This document shows positions 52,213 through 64,000 of a DNA stretch of 64,000 nucleotides, piece by piece. The notes below the pieces were generated by a model that searched no databases, was not told where the DNA came from, and saw only the letters and a list, made by a program, of their open reading frames with translations. Every line of letters begins with the position of its first letter. Within the stretch, counting starts at the first letter, position 1. Made by a program: the position numbers and the translations under genes. Source of the DNA: Hydrolagus colliei (taxonomy: Eukaryota); NCBI GenBank assembly GCA_035084275.1, contig CM068745.1, positions 65,224,001-65,288,000 on the forward strand, given 5' to 3'.

Positions 52213-52559
52213 TGGGCCCAGTACTAGAGGGTTATTGGTCTATATTTTCATATATATATATATGAAGTATGAGTCAGTGCTTTCAGAAGGGCAGGATAAA
52301 ATATATACAGTAAATATGTTTTTTAAAGTTAGTTTGGGTTGAATTTAAACAATTAGGTCTCGTATCCTGTGATTCTTATCCTGATTTCCTAGAAAGAAAA
52401 CTGAAAGTACACCACAATGACTCACAGGAAAGCTACTTCAAAGTGATTTGTTCTCAGAGAAGAGTTCCTGAGAATTGATGACTCACTTCCATTTTGTAGA
52501 AATATTTAGGTTCCCTTATAAAGAATGTATCAGTATCAAAGGAGTTATGAGCAATTATT

Positions 52560-52990
52560 AGATTGTGCTATGAACAACTATTAGACAAGCTAAGGCTCTT
52601 CAGTCTTAAGAATCAGTGGGAACCTCATTGAAGTGTTCAGAATTTTAAATGGGATTGAAGTAATAAACCTAGATCAATACTTCAGGATATATCAACACGG
52701 TAGAAGAAGACATGGGTTTAGAATTGGAAAGGACAATTTGAACGACAACAAATTGTATTTATTTAGTGCTTTTCACATGAAGGAGGACTTCTACAAAGTT
52801 TAGGACAGATAGCAGGCCATTTTTATTTACACAAAAGGACTGCAAGAGGTTGCCAAGAAAGGTATTAGAGACCAGGGCACCAAACTCAATTAAAAAGCAG
52901 CTTGATGCATAGTCAAGGGGATGATGGGTAGGTGTTCCGGAGTGCTGAGATTGGAAGAAGGCTATACAGCCTTCTTTATCCAGACCATTC
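52560..52990 (+). mobile_element. Degraded CR1 3' end with an L2 tail insertion (about 52742-52790)
   Basis: ctaaggctcttcagtctt...acctcattgaagtgttcagaatt motifs. Confidence 0.6.
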
Positions 52991-53149
52991 TCATGATTTT
53001 GTGATCACTGTATAAAATTCCATATGAAATGAGCCTTGCAACAATTGAAAATCATATACTGTCTGAAAGTTCAGAGTAGGCAGATTTTCTGAGATATCTG
53101 TACAGTATATGAAACATTTAAAGCCTCCTTTCAAATGCTGGCAAAGTAA

Positions 53150-53252
53150 TCCTGTAGCTCAGTGGTTAGAGCACTCGCCTCACAAGCAAGAGACCTGGGT
53201 TTGATTCCCAGCAGGGCAAAATGTTGGGTAAGTTTCCTTATTCCACATGCCT
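53150..53252 (+). mobile_element. SINE head fragment
   Basis: cctgtagctcagtggttagagcac...gggtttgattccc. Confidence 0.85.
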
Positions 53253-54051
53253 ATACTATTTACATTCACTTGATTTGCTTAACGGCCCATTTGCAGATTT
53301 GGCTGGATCACATTTGATATGTGATGTCTTCTACAAAATGTGAAGATCAAAGATCCATGCCATCTTTTTTGGAGGGGGTGGGGGGTGGTGGGGGGAGGGG
53401 GAATGCACTAAAACATTTTACCCCATCGCTGAGCACCCTATTTAATTAAACAGTATTGCCACAGCAATTTCAATCACAGAGAAAGACAACCAGAATGATC
53501 AAACAGCAGGCAAGAAAACTCAGCTCAATATACCTTGGGTTGCCCGAAGACCTGAGAAAAGACAGACATAAAGCTTGTGAAGTTTCACATTAGATTACAT
53601 GTGTAAAGACAGATTGTTAAATTTCCCCCCAAAATTACAAACATTAATTTACCTGAGGCACTCTGTAGAATGACAATTGCAGTTGACACAGCCTTTAATG
53701 CCATGCAGGCTTCTCGTGTATATTTTGTGCAAGTTTTTTGTTACATTAATGTTGGTTATTTTGCTTTCTGATGGGTATTTCAGAAATGACAGGCATTTCA
53801 CTCCTATCCTGGTGACTGTGTTGATCCAGTATCCCCCAAACAAAATCCCTTCAGCTAATCGTAAGACGGACATACAAATAAATGATTTGTGAGGGAAATG
53901 TTATTCCCCGATACTTTTCAATGAAGTCTGTCACCATAACAGTCACTTGCTGCTGGCCTCTAATGTTATTGTGCTTACTATTAATCAAAAGATAATCGAA
54001 GTATAATCAGTTTATACCATGGAACAACGTCTCATTTGAAGTGAATGTTTC

Positions 54052-54057
54052 TTTATT
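54052..54057 (-). promoter_or_regulatory. Candidate distal polyadenylation signal AATAAA
   Basis: TTTATT on plus strand; GTTGTT and U-rich sequence about 25-60 nt downstream on the minus strand. Confidence 0.45.
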
Positions 54058-54163
54058 CCATAATCAGGCATTGAATTTAGCACTGCAAAATAAAAAAAAT
54101 TAACAGATTGATCAATCTCAAACAAATAAGAACAGAAAAATCAATGAGTGGGCTGTCCATATC

Positions 54164-54185
54164 AACACACACACACACACACACG
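54164..54185. repeat. (AC)n microsatellite
   Basis: Direct reading. Confidence 0.9.
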
Positions 54186-55101
54186 TTATTCCAGCCACTG
54201 TGTTCGTGCTGATGATACGAGATGAAGAGGAACTAGCTTGAAGTTGCTGAGCAATCTGCAACTGCCCGAAAATGGAATTAGTTATTGAACACACTGATAG
54301 TTAAAAGAGTCCACAGGAAGAATCCACTGGCTCATACTAAAAGGTAAATTTTAGAGTCCCAACTCTAAACGGAGGCTCCTGCTATGTAGTTAACTGGCTG
54401 TTTTCCATTAGGGATCCGATTTGTGTAATCCGAGGATAATATGCATATAAAAGTACTGACATAGTTCAATGGGAGTCATTGTTGTGCAGCTTGTCGTTGG
54501 ATTGTATTACCCATTGTCTAGCAGGTTTCTGCAGCTGGTATTTACATCTGAGCATGGCACAAGAGTGTCCTTGTGCACCCATATTAGTTCCCAGGTGCTG
54601 TACCTCTTCAGTTTCATGCAGGAGTTGTAACCAGATACTTTTTGTCAGTTTTTTTCTTTTGTCATTTTAACACCAGTTTGCAAAATATTCCAGTTTTGGA
54701 CTCCAGTCGACCGTTTCCTTTTTCCTCTCCGACCTGCTCTTCTGTTCTCTTCCATCAAAGAATAGGTTTTGCGAATGTTGTTTGGAAATTTGCAACCACT
54801 ATTTAACACTGAACGTACAGGTTTCAAAGGTTTCTTATTGTGCAACAATGACGATAATGCATCTCTGCCACCAAGAACTTCATCAGACACTGTGTGTCAT
54901 TCCAGTTCTTCACACAGTAGTCCTCAAATCATGCAGGTTCGCTTTGAATTTAGTACCTTTGTGGTACACCCAGACTCGTGCCCATGCCAGACAGCCTCGC
55001 TGAACAGGAATGGTCACAGGTTTCTCGGCTGTTAATATTGGAATAGACTGGCCAGAACGCACAATAGCAATAATAAAAATTCTGTTATGATTGCTACAGT
55101 A

Positions 55102-55107
55102 TTTAAT
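55102..55107 (-). promoter_or_regulatory. Candidate proximal polyadenylation signal ATTAAA
   Basis: TTTAAT on plus strand, U-rich with UGUA motifs upstream and a U/GU-rich tract downstream on the minus strand. Confidence 0.4.
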
Positions 55108-55554
55108 GCAGCATTTCAATTCTATTTCTAAATGTTTTGGAAAACGAAAACTGCTAAATGAAAAACAAAATACATGACATGTAAATTTCTAAACAGAGAA
55201 ACACATACGAAAACATGATTTTAAAACTGATCACGACTTCAAAGAGACAACTTCCCTTTTAAATCCATATAATTGTTTACTCTTTGTTTGGACACTATAG
55301 CATTCAGTAACCTGCTGTAATAAGTGTTAACGGTATGGTCATAATGAAGATTATCCATTGCATGTTAACCGTATTGAGTTACAGTTTTGGAGTGTTTCTG
55401 TGCAACCTTTCAATACAGTGATGTGACATGGATGAAAGTACTATTTCTTAAAGAGGGATCTTATTCATTTCATGCCTATATCTTTTACCATTTAAAAGCA
55501 TGTTGTGCCTGAACCCGCGATCCAACACAGTGCAACATTTTCTTTGCCTACTTT

Positions 55555-55890
55555 GTTCACAGTGACAGCATCAGACCAGGACAGGACTATATGGATCAGA
55601 TGTAATGTAGAGTTCCTCTTACATTACCTTAAAATCCACCGTAAAACCTTAGTAATGTGACCTCTCCCTCAACTGCACTTGTATCAACATTTCCATTCCT
55701 CACATCGGTTGTCCTTATTGCCTGAAAACTAATATGCTTGTGTCAACTACTGCTAACTTAAAGTATTTGTGCATTAACATCATACACTTATTTCCTGGGA
55801 AGGCCCATACCAACTAATAAAGACTACAGACTTTCAACCTATCTATCCAGACTGGATCTGTAACTTTAGGTCTTGCAGAACAGAGGGCAG
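55555..55890 (-). mobile_element. LF-SINE-like relic within putative MID1 3' UTR
   Basis: Minus strand collinear with the 25770-26135 family (gacc...gatccagtctggatagataggttgaaagtc ... gaggaatggaaa ... gtcctggtctgatgctgtcactg); highly diverged. Confidence 0.4.
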
Positions 55891-56563
55891 TCTTGTAACT
55901 CAAAAGATAATAGGTTTCATTCTACTCTCCATATATACATGCACACACACTAGGCTATGTATGTACAAGATTGGATTGCAGTTTCTGTATTTTGAAAGGA
56001 TGGGATGCTGCCTTCTTAATGCCAGACAACAGACAGAATCCACATGGGAATTCCCTTCACTCAGTTCGGATTGGGTGCACAACCAAGGATTGGGTGCACA
56101 ATTAAGGAGAATGATATACCAATGTACCCGGTAGCTCCCTAATACCAGTTGTTAATTAATATAAAAATCATTTAACAGTTCTGTTGCTAATTCCATAATT
56201 TCCCTCCACATTTCTCATTTAAAAAATGTTTTCTATCACAAAGTTCTCAACAAATCACCAATGCATAAATACAATATAAACAACAAATGTGCAATAGCAA
56301 GAGAGTTCTACAATTTTAGTCCCCAAAAATTATTTTTATATAAATAATTTATAAATTTCACGATACGAGATTAAGTACAAAGTAAAGGAACGTTAAAGCC
56401 AATGTTTGCACGTTAACTTGGGAGGGGAGAAAAGTACATATATATGTGTTTTAGTTCCAGCTCAGATAGGACAGTGAGATGAAAGCTGATTGAGTAAGGC
56501 TGTTCCAGTCAACTATGTGATGTGCTCTCACATTAAGATAGGAGCCCTAGTCTCACTCCTTCC

Positions 56564-56912
56564 TTACTCATTATGGTCTGTGGAGTCCAGATGATCTGGT
56601 ATTGGCAAACCTGTTAAAACTGTTAGAGCTTTATTCCATACAGTGAAGGTAGGACACACAGGTTGAACAAATGTAATGTCAAAGGTGTACAGGTGCTGAG
56701 AGTTAACCGCATCATAGAAGGCTAAGGATCCATTATCGTAGTCCAGCAAAATGCCCAGCCGCCGTAGGTGTGGCGAGGGCTCCACTGGGATCTCCTTGCT
56801 GTTGTGCCTTGCAACCCAACTATTATTACACCGGCAAAACACCCAAGAAAAGGTATTCTTCCCAATCCACTCGTGTTTTGGCGCTGACTTGTAGGCCACC
56901 CCAATCGCATAC
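56564..56912 (-). CDS. MID1: Terminal coding exon of midline-1 (TRIM18) E3 ligase, C-terminal SPRY/B30.2 domain
   Basis: Translation [115 protein letters not shown] closely matches the MID1 C-terminus as I recall it ([36 protein letters not shown], short tail) and lacks the longer MID2 tail. Pyrimidine tract plus CAG acceptor at 56915-56913; phase-2 split Trp codon; TAA at 56566-56564. Confidence 0.93.
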
Positions 56913-57064
56913 CTGTTGAAAAATGAGAAAGATTTTACCTTCCGAGTCTCACTCCGCACAAATGTACAGACATCACAAAATGCAATGATCCTAGATTTAA
57001 AGCAATTTGCACATTTTAAGCTGTGATAGTGATTGATTTCAAATTTACTGCCATTTCCATATTT

Positions 57065-57295
57065 TAATAATAATAATCCTTGCATTTGATATAGCACTTT
57101 TCATGTCTTCTAGACGTCTCAAAGCACTTCACAGAATATACTGTACTGTATATTTGTGGGCAAAATGTGGCAGCCAATTGTGCACAGCAGTCCCACATTG
57201 AGTGACCAAATTATTATTGTTTCTTTTCTTGGGGGATTATTATGAGGTATGTGAAGTAAGGGAACGTGCCCCAAGGTTTCGCCCTGGCTAGGAAT
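57065..57295 (-). mobile_element. SINE in MID1 intron
   Basis: Body and tail; supplies the spurious N-terminus of ORF 56564-57097. Confidence 0.88.
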
Positions 57296-57827
57296 ATAGG
57301 GAAATCACTTGTTTGATACAAGAAGAATTTCCAACAGAATACATATACCACACAAATATGATCAGGTGTGAAAAAGAACTAACGTGAATGTGTTATACTG
57401 ACTAGTCTGCATGCAGGGTGCAGTTTAGAGCATCCCAACAATAAAGCAACTGCAATTGAAACTGCACTTCCAGCTTATTTTCACCGATAATGAATTATGA
57501 CATTTGTTTAAAAGTGATCTCTTATTCTTCAAATGAGATACTGAATTGTGCGGCGTAACCAAATGATTCTCTGCATACCGGAGTAACAGGAATTAGTCTC
57601 AAAGGCAACTTGATCATTACATATTGATCATTAACTACCTAAACTTAAACATTAATACAAATTCCCATCTTTTGCAAAACGAAACCTATTACATGACATT
57701 AGATTTTCCATCATTCGATTGTTGGAAAATTCTTACTACTTTGTATTAAATAAACAATTTTCTACCAGAAATCCATCTCGGTCTGGTGCTATAATGGATT
57801 TCGGAGCCCCTCCCTGCGTAAAGGAGA

Positions 57828-57877
57828 TGAAGCGCTCTGAGATGCCGTCCGGCATGGAGGGCGCTATATAAATCAAA
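57828..57877 (+). mobile_element. L2 tail-only fragment, second subfamily
   Basis: agcgctctgagatgccgtccggcatggagggcgctatataaat. Confidence 0.75.
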
Positions 57878-58075
57878 GCCGGCAGGTGCACTCATGTGGA
57901 CATCTGTTGGGGTCAGAATATACTCAATTGTGATGCCTGCTGCAGGCAAATTGCCTGCTAGTACTCACTCAGTCACTCATAAGATTAAGGAATCTTAATG
58001 GGTATCCATGCACTCGTACAGATGTTGAATACAAGAAGGAAAAAGGACTCAAGTTGCCTCCAAGAAAGGAAGGGG

Positions 58076-58325
58076 AATTGCGCACAGCAGTATCTCACAA
58101 ACAATCACGGATTGAAGGGACCAATTTATTATTATTATTTTTGAAGGAATCAATACCCTGGAAACGTGATCCACTGATTGACTAACAATCGGGATCCTAC
58201 ATATTTTTCGGTAAACAGGGGTGGGTGGAGTAAGAAAACTTGCCCAACGTTTCGCCGTGCCGGGAATCGAATGCAGGTCCTCCCGCTTGCAAGGCCGAGG
58301 GCTCTAACTCAACTACAGGAGTTCA
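58076..58325 (-). mobile_element. SINE, long variant (5' part)
   Basis: Carries the same extra segment as 33950-34020. Confidence 0.85.
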
Positions 58326-59391
58326 TGGTACAGTTATCATGGAACATTTTCTATATTATGTCATATTCAGGTGAGGTGAAGCATGGTTAGATTTCAAGTA
58401 AAACTCTGATTTACGTGTCCCTAACAATGGAGTTTCCCAATATATAGCCAGGAAGAAATGTTAGCTATTTAGTGATCAGAATATGAACTCAGAATATGAG
58501 TTACAAGCTGCCATATATTGTCATTCTCGCACCAGTTATCCTGTGGTCCCTCTGAGTAAATATCTCAATTTTGTGTTGAACGATATGTTATCTAATATTC
58601 TATGTACTTAAACAAGTGAGTCCACCTGATAGCTTGTGAAGGACAAAACTTTGAATGAGATAACTGACAATGTGATGAGTAGGATTGTCAAATTAAATCC
58701 CCTCCTTCTTCCCGCATGTACAATATTCTATTTACAGTCTAAAAGGATTTCTCCAGGGTAAGGCCAAACCGTACACTTATCCTGGAGGATCCATCTGAAA
58801 AATGCACCTGTCATTAATTATTTAAAAAGAACAAGATTTCAAAGTGGGAAATTTTTCAGAAACCCACAGGTCCTGACAAGAACCATCAGTTTTGCTTCAT
58901 TTGTCAGACTGGCTCCTGAAACATGAAACTTTTGTGTTCAACCTTGGCTTCCAGCAATCCCTTGCTGCTCACTACTCTTTCAGAAGAGCAGCATGTAACA
59001 AAGTGTGGTACTGCACTTTTTTTTAATGAAATAAATATATTTCAAATAAAACACTGCAGTTTAAGTGTAACCTTTGGATTACCAGAGACCAAAATACTGA
59101 GACCAGTAAAGTAGAGAGAAACAAATAAATATTAAATCATAAAACAAAACTAGATAATAAAGATAGATTAATCTGAATAGAGTATATTACTGTTATAAGA
59201 AAGTAATATTAAAAAGTTAAAGACAGAAATTAGGATCAGGTGAGTAAAAGTACTTATTTTTATTGTAATCATTTATTTTATTTGTATGGATAAAATCTCA
59301 GACAAAGCTATATCTTACACTTGAATATATGGTGTTAAAATTTGTTTCAGCATGAAAGTGTGAGCTGAACATGTTCAGAATAAAAGTTCTT

Positions 59392-59458
59392 CCCTTATGA
59401 GAAAGTACCATGGTAATGGTGGTAGTACCACCATAACCATGGTACTTTTTTACAAGGG
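59392..59458. mobile_element. 67-bp palindromic MITE-like element
   Basis: CCCTT...AAGGG termini, 33-bp arms with 4 mismatches, flanked by TT on both sides. Confidence 0.6.
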
Positions 59459-60011
59459 TTTATTGCTGAACTAAGTATTTCAAATGCTCTGGCACACTAC
59501 CCTGCACGAGGGATGCTACATAAATGCAAGTTGTTATTATCTAAATTCCATTATAGACAAGCCCATCAGTTAAAGAACCAGTAAGACAATTCCATTTCCC
59601 AAAACAAAACTTCTGAATGAATCAATCCCAAATTGTGCTCTATGAGGGGTAGTTTTGTGCTATTGGTTAAAACCCAATGGGTACCGGGTTTGTATGGCCC
59701 ACCTCAATTAATGCAGCAAAGGACTCTTGTAGCCAGCAGAGAAGTATACATTCAGCCTATTACACTGGGTTGGTTTCAGATATACAGAAGTAAAAATAAC
59801 TTCCACCCCCAGGTCAGGTATCAAGCCAGCAGGGTTAAGTACTTTACATATTCTCCTCATGTGAAAGGCACTGTGTAAATGTAAAATGTAAATATAATTT
59901 GTATTGTATCATAAAAGAAAGGTTTGCCTTTTCACTGTGTTAGCTGATCCTCTGGGCCACAAGTCCTTGTTTCCTAATTCCTTGCCACTGGCACTCAGAA
60001 TAACTGCACAC

Positions 60012-60185
60012 TTTTGCAGTGAGTTGTGCTATTTTATCTATTTTGGAGGAACTGTGTGATGTCTATTTTGTAGTCAGCTATGTGCTATCTATTTTGTAGG
60101 AAACTATCTATTTTGCAGTGAGTTGTGTGATATCTATTTTGTACCGAGCATTGTGATATCTAATTTGCAGTGAGGTAGTATCTCT
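60012..60185. repeat. Degenerate minisatellite, unit about TCTATTTTGCAGTGAGTTGTGTGATA
   Basis: About 6-7 imperfect units. Confidence 0.75.
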
Positions 60186-60880
60186 GGCAATCCGGACAGC
60201 AATACAGCTGGGACCAGAAACTTGTAGGAGTGACGATGGGATCAGAAACAGAATCCCACTATTCTGCAGCACTGTACACTGCTAATGTTCCTTAAAATTC
60301 TCCTGAAATATCAAAGAGGAGAGCAGATCATTTGTGAGATGCTATGCAGGGGACCACCTGAGTTTTTCTTTATTGTAATAGTTGCAGTTATCAAGTGCAC
60401 AAGTGCGAGGCTAATTGTGAGGCACTTTTCAACCTCCTTAACACAATTTGACAGTCTCCTTGAGAAGTTCCTATTTGAAAGCTATTGCCTGCCGCCACAT
60501 TGAACCATACCACCAGGCTCCTCTGTGTGTGTTCCTATAATGAGTAACTGTGAAGTGGAACACAGACTAGCATAACATCACATTGAAGATATCAATCTTA
60601 ACTCTTTAGTGGTTTGGGAGTTAGTGAAAATTTGCTGGAAATCAAAAGTGGGAGAGTGGGGAGGGGGATGGGGGAGTGGAAGAATTGATAAAACAAAGGC
60701 CAGCTGGAAAAATGGCAGGAAACAGTCTGCAATTAAACTGTAATAATATTTTTAAAGATCCAGCTGGCCTCTGAGACAACTAAAGTGTGGAAACAGGAAA
60801 CTAAATTCCACACATTGGAGCCTTGGAGAGTGTGATAAAATGCTCATTGGAAAACTAGCTGATGTAGACTTTTAGAGGGA

Positions 60881-61008
60881 AGGGTCGTGGACCTGAAATG
60901 TTGACTCACTTTCCTTTCTCCATAGATGCTGCCTGACCTGCCGAATGTGCCCAGCGATTTCTGTTTTTGTTTCAAATTTCCAGGATCTGCAAAATTTTGC
61001 GTTTTTGT
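60881..61008 (+). mobile_element. Penelope-like terminal repeat with partial hammerhead
   Basis: ggtc-gtg-gacc stem, GAAA, tgtt, gact, then tctccatagatgctgcctgacctgc...tttctgtttttgtttcaaatttccag. Confidence 0.65.
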
Positions 61009-61224
61009 AGACTTTAATATGCTTGGTATGAGTGAGGGAATTGACTCCCCGAGAGGGCTCAGATTTGTCCTGCACAATGTAAGTGCTGATTCATAGTGGG
61101 GAGGGGGGGAGGGGGGGTTGGGGAGGTTTCCCCCCACCCCACTCACCCCAGGCCTTATCACATCTCAAAGCACTTCACAGAATAAAATGTAAAATGTATT
61201 CACTGTGTATTTGATGGGCTACAT

Positions 61225-61760
61225 AATCATAGGATCATAAAATTATACAGGGCATTTGGCCCATCATGCCAATGTTGGCTCTTTGACAAAAGCTGTCCAA
61301 AACAATTGTTCTACCCCGCGCTCTCCCCATAGCCCTGCAAACCTGTCTTCTCCGAATAATTATCTATCTCACTCTTAAACATTGTTATTGAATCAGCTTC
61401 CACCGCCCTTTCAGGCGATGCATTCCAGATCTGAACAACTCGTTGTGTGAAAAAATGTATCTTCACCCCGCCTCTGTTTCTTTCAAGGGCAATTTGTGTC
61501 CTCAGGTTACCGACCCACTCACCAGTGGAATGATATTATAGAATTTAAAATGTTGAATTTAGTCAAGTCATCAGGGGAACAAATTAACTGTAGAAGGGAA
61601 ACAAATTAACATAAACAACCTTAATCTTTCTCCCAAATCCAAAAACATTTTCCAACAAGTTAATTGGATAGTACTATATCTCAAGATTAAGGAATGGAAA
61701 ATCTGAGTTGATTCCCCTCTTACCCAGGAGGCATTTTGACTAATCTGTTCTTTAATCAAA
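61225..61760 (-). mobile_element. CR1 3' fragments
   Basis: Homologous to 35860-36170 (ttcaggcgatgcattccagat). Confidence 0.8.
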
Positions 61761-61844
61761 TGTATGGTAAATTGTCGAATTTCAGACACAAAACAAGTTA
61801 CAGTTACAGCAATAATTTCAACCCTATTAATAACTCTTATATTC

Positions 61845-62216
61845 TTCGGAAAACACCTTCACATCAGAAGCCATCCCCAAATGCTTCAGCATGTTTACTG
61901 AGAAATGGAGTGACAGTATACTCGTAGGCAGACAGTCTAATTGCAAACAGCAAGGTCCTGCAAATGGCCATGAAATTAATGATCAATTTTATTTGGGAGA
62001 TTGTTGGCCAGGACACAGAGAGAAACTCCCTTCTTTTTTTGAAGAGTGTGTGGAATCTTTAATAACCATCTGATCAAGCAGATGGGACCTCGGTTTAATG
62101 TTTCAGCTGTAGTACGCCACCTCAGATTCAATGTATCCTGACACTGTATTGAAGAATCAGCCTAGACTCTGCATGTTCAAGTCCTAACATGGGCGAGAAT
62201 GCTACCGACTGAGCAG
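61845..62216 (-). mobile_element. DeuSINE (SacSINE1-like), near full length
   Basis: gggacctcggtttaatgtttca and ttggccaggacacagagagaaactccc reverse Deu motifs; head gaatgctaccgactgagc. Confidence 0.75.
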
Positions 62217-62714
62217 GCTGACGCTTTGTCTAAATATGCAACAAGACCCCAAACATTTTAATGAAATTCATTCGGGATAGCCATTAGATGTCTGTGCAAA
62301 ATGCTCGCAAGGAAAGGGAAAAAATGTGTATACTGGATCACATAGAGCTTGTACAGCTGTTGTATGTCATACAGCTCTTTGGTTCTTACTCTCGATTATA
62401 AGCTTATGAGGGCAATATCTCTTCAAATAACCTTAGGAATGGTGGATTTTAAAGAGGCAATATTTTAAGTTGTTTGTGAATGCATCAGGTTTATCTTAAT
62501 GGAGAGGTTAAAACTGCTGAGGTACTTTAAATGTTGCAGTGAAGAGAAAACAAAATTCAAATCCTTTCCAAGTCAAAATTGCAGAAAAGCACAAACTGTA
62601 TTCAGCTGGTCAGTTATTTTAAAGTATTTTTCATTTTTGTATTTTGTAACGTCTTCTGACAACTGCAACAATGTCAGCAATGCCCTGGATTTTCAATGCA
62701 CATCATGCTGATTC

Positions 62715-62892
62715 GATAACAACTTTTAAGAGAGAAATAGGTAAGTATTTAGTGAATTTACAGTCTGCAGGTCTATAGGGAGAGAAAGTGGTGAAATGGG
62801 ATTGATTTGGACAGCTCTTTGCAACAATATGGTACAGACACGATGGGCCGAATGGCCTCCTTCTGTGCTTTATAATTCTATGATTCTATTTC
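62715..62892 (+). mobile_element. CR1 3' tail
   Basis: gatgggccgaatggcctccttctgtgct...attctatgattctat. Confidence 0.85.
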
Positions 62893-62991
62893 TGATTAAT
62901 TCAGTGAGAACAGGTTTGCCAACTCTTTCATAAACATAGTACTATTTTAAGGCCCACTAACTAGTACATTGTATGCATAAATAAACTTATG

Positions 62992-63135
62992 ATAATAATA
63001 ATCCTCGCTTTTGTTGTCGCTCCTTATCACATTGTCAAAACGACTCAAAGCTATTCGCAGGATTTGCTGTAAAGTGAAATTTCTGTGCATTTTGAGGGCA
63101 AAGACAGCGGCCCGTTTGCCCACAGCAATATCCTT
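62992..63135 (-). mobile_element. SINE tail, degraded
   Basis: (AAT)n plus reverse tail and body. Confidence 0.65.
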
Positions 63136-63141
63136 TCAACT

Positions 63142-64000
63142 CATTCACTCTTTGAATCCCTCCAATCAGGTTTCCGCCCAATTCATAGCACAGAAACTGC
63201 CCTGGTTAAGGTTACAAATGACATCCTAACCGCCTGTGACCAGGGCTCCCTCTGCCTCCTCGTCCTCCTTGACCTGTCTGCTGCGTTCGACACAGTCGAT
63301 CACACCATCCTCCTCCAACGTCTTTCCTCCCACCTCAACCTTCAAGGCACAGTCCTTGACTGGTTCCATTCCTATCTGACCCACCGTTTACACTTTGTTT
63401 CTTCCAACGGTTTTTCTTCAAACCCCCGCACAGTTTCTCACGGCGTCCCTCAGGGCTCTGTTTTAGGCCCCCTCCTTTTCACCCTTTACACGCTCCCTCT
63501 GGGCGATGTCATCCGCAAACATGGGGTAAATTTCCACATGTATGCGGACGACCCCCAGCTGTACCTTTCTGCCTCATCCCTCAACCCCCAGACCATCGAT
63601 GTTCTGACAGCATGTCTGTCCGACATCGAGTCCTGGACGAGGGACAACTTCTTGCAATTGAATGTGAGTAAGACCGAGGCCTTCCTGATTGGCTCAAGCC
63701 AGCGCCTCCGCACATCGGGCGCTGCCAGCCTCAACATCCAAGGCTGCACTCTCCACCTCACAAAGCCAATCAGAAACCTCGGCATCATGTTCGATCAAAA
63801 ACTTTCTTTCCTCCCCCACATCCGTGCCTTGACCGGCATCGCTTATTTGCACCTGCGCAACATTGCCAGGCTCCGCAACTATCTTACCCCCCGCGCTGCC
63901 GAAACACTCGTGCACGCATACATCACCTCGAGGCTGGACTATGGAAACTCTCTCCTCGTCAGCCTCCCCAGTTCCTCCATTCACAGGCTGCAGGTCATCC
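63142..64000 (+). mobile_element. Young L2 LINE, uninterrupted RT reading frame, runs off window
   Basis: 286 open codons: [44 protein letters not shown] at 63541-63552, [10 protein letters not shown]. Confidence 0.95.

Larger units (their letters stand above)
54030..56563 (-). other. MID1: Putative MID1 3' UTR
   Basis: Follows the MID1 stop; about 3 kb free of the young SINE/L2/CR1 copies that interrupt the rest of the window every 1-2 kb; U-rich on the minus strand. End point inferred from polyA signals. Confidence 0.6.
56913..64000 (-). other. MID1: MID1 last intron (partial; penultimate exon not seen in window)
   Basis: Upstream of the acceptor; no PRY-domain coding sequence (GRHYWEV-like) found by eye; filled with repeats. 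Confidence 0.7.

Noticed and set aside
56068-56108. Direct duplication ggattgggtgcacaa x2 in the UTR
   Set aside because: Simple slippage-type tandem duplication with nothing indicating function.
56913-57097. N-terminal part of ORF 56564-57097 as MID1 coding
   Set aside because: Starts in a SINE tail and crosses intron; MID1 similarity begins exactly at the CAG acceptor (exon start 56912).

Overview
Eukaryotic (vertebrate) genomic DNA, AT-rich, repeat-dense, with one 164-nt N gap (23267-23430). The repeat complement (L2 and CR1 LINE fragments, a very abundant tRNA-headed SINE with a Deu-like 3' part and L2-type tail, older SacSINE1-like DeuSINEs, Penelope-type repeats) points to a cartilaginous fish, probably a chimaera such as Callorhinchus; this is inference, not a database result. 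The only host gene I can support is the terminal coding exon of MID1 (TRIM18, C-terminal SPRY/B30.2 domain) on the minus strand at 56564-56912, with its 3' UTR running toward about 54030-55090 and its last intron filling the rest of the window. Positions 1 to about 53 kb look intergenic. Almost all ORFs in the supplied track are LINE, SINE or antisense artefacts. Observations worth a second look: Penelope-type minimal hammerhead ribozyme relics, compensatory covariation in a stem-loop shared by three retroelement tails, several near-perfect local inverted duplications, a Tigger deletion derivative carrying a G-rich 9-bp VNTR nested in a SINE, Harbinger transposase and Myb/SANT relics missed by the ORF track, LF-SINE-like relics (one in the MID1 3' UTR) and an uninterrupted L2 RT frame. 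I found no evidence for a new multi-gene system. Repeat boundaries are read by eye and are approximate.
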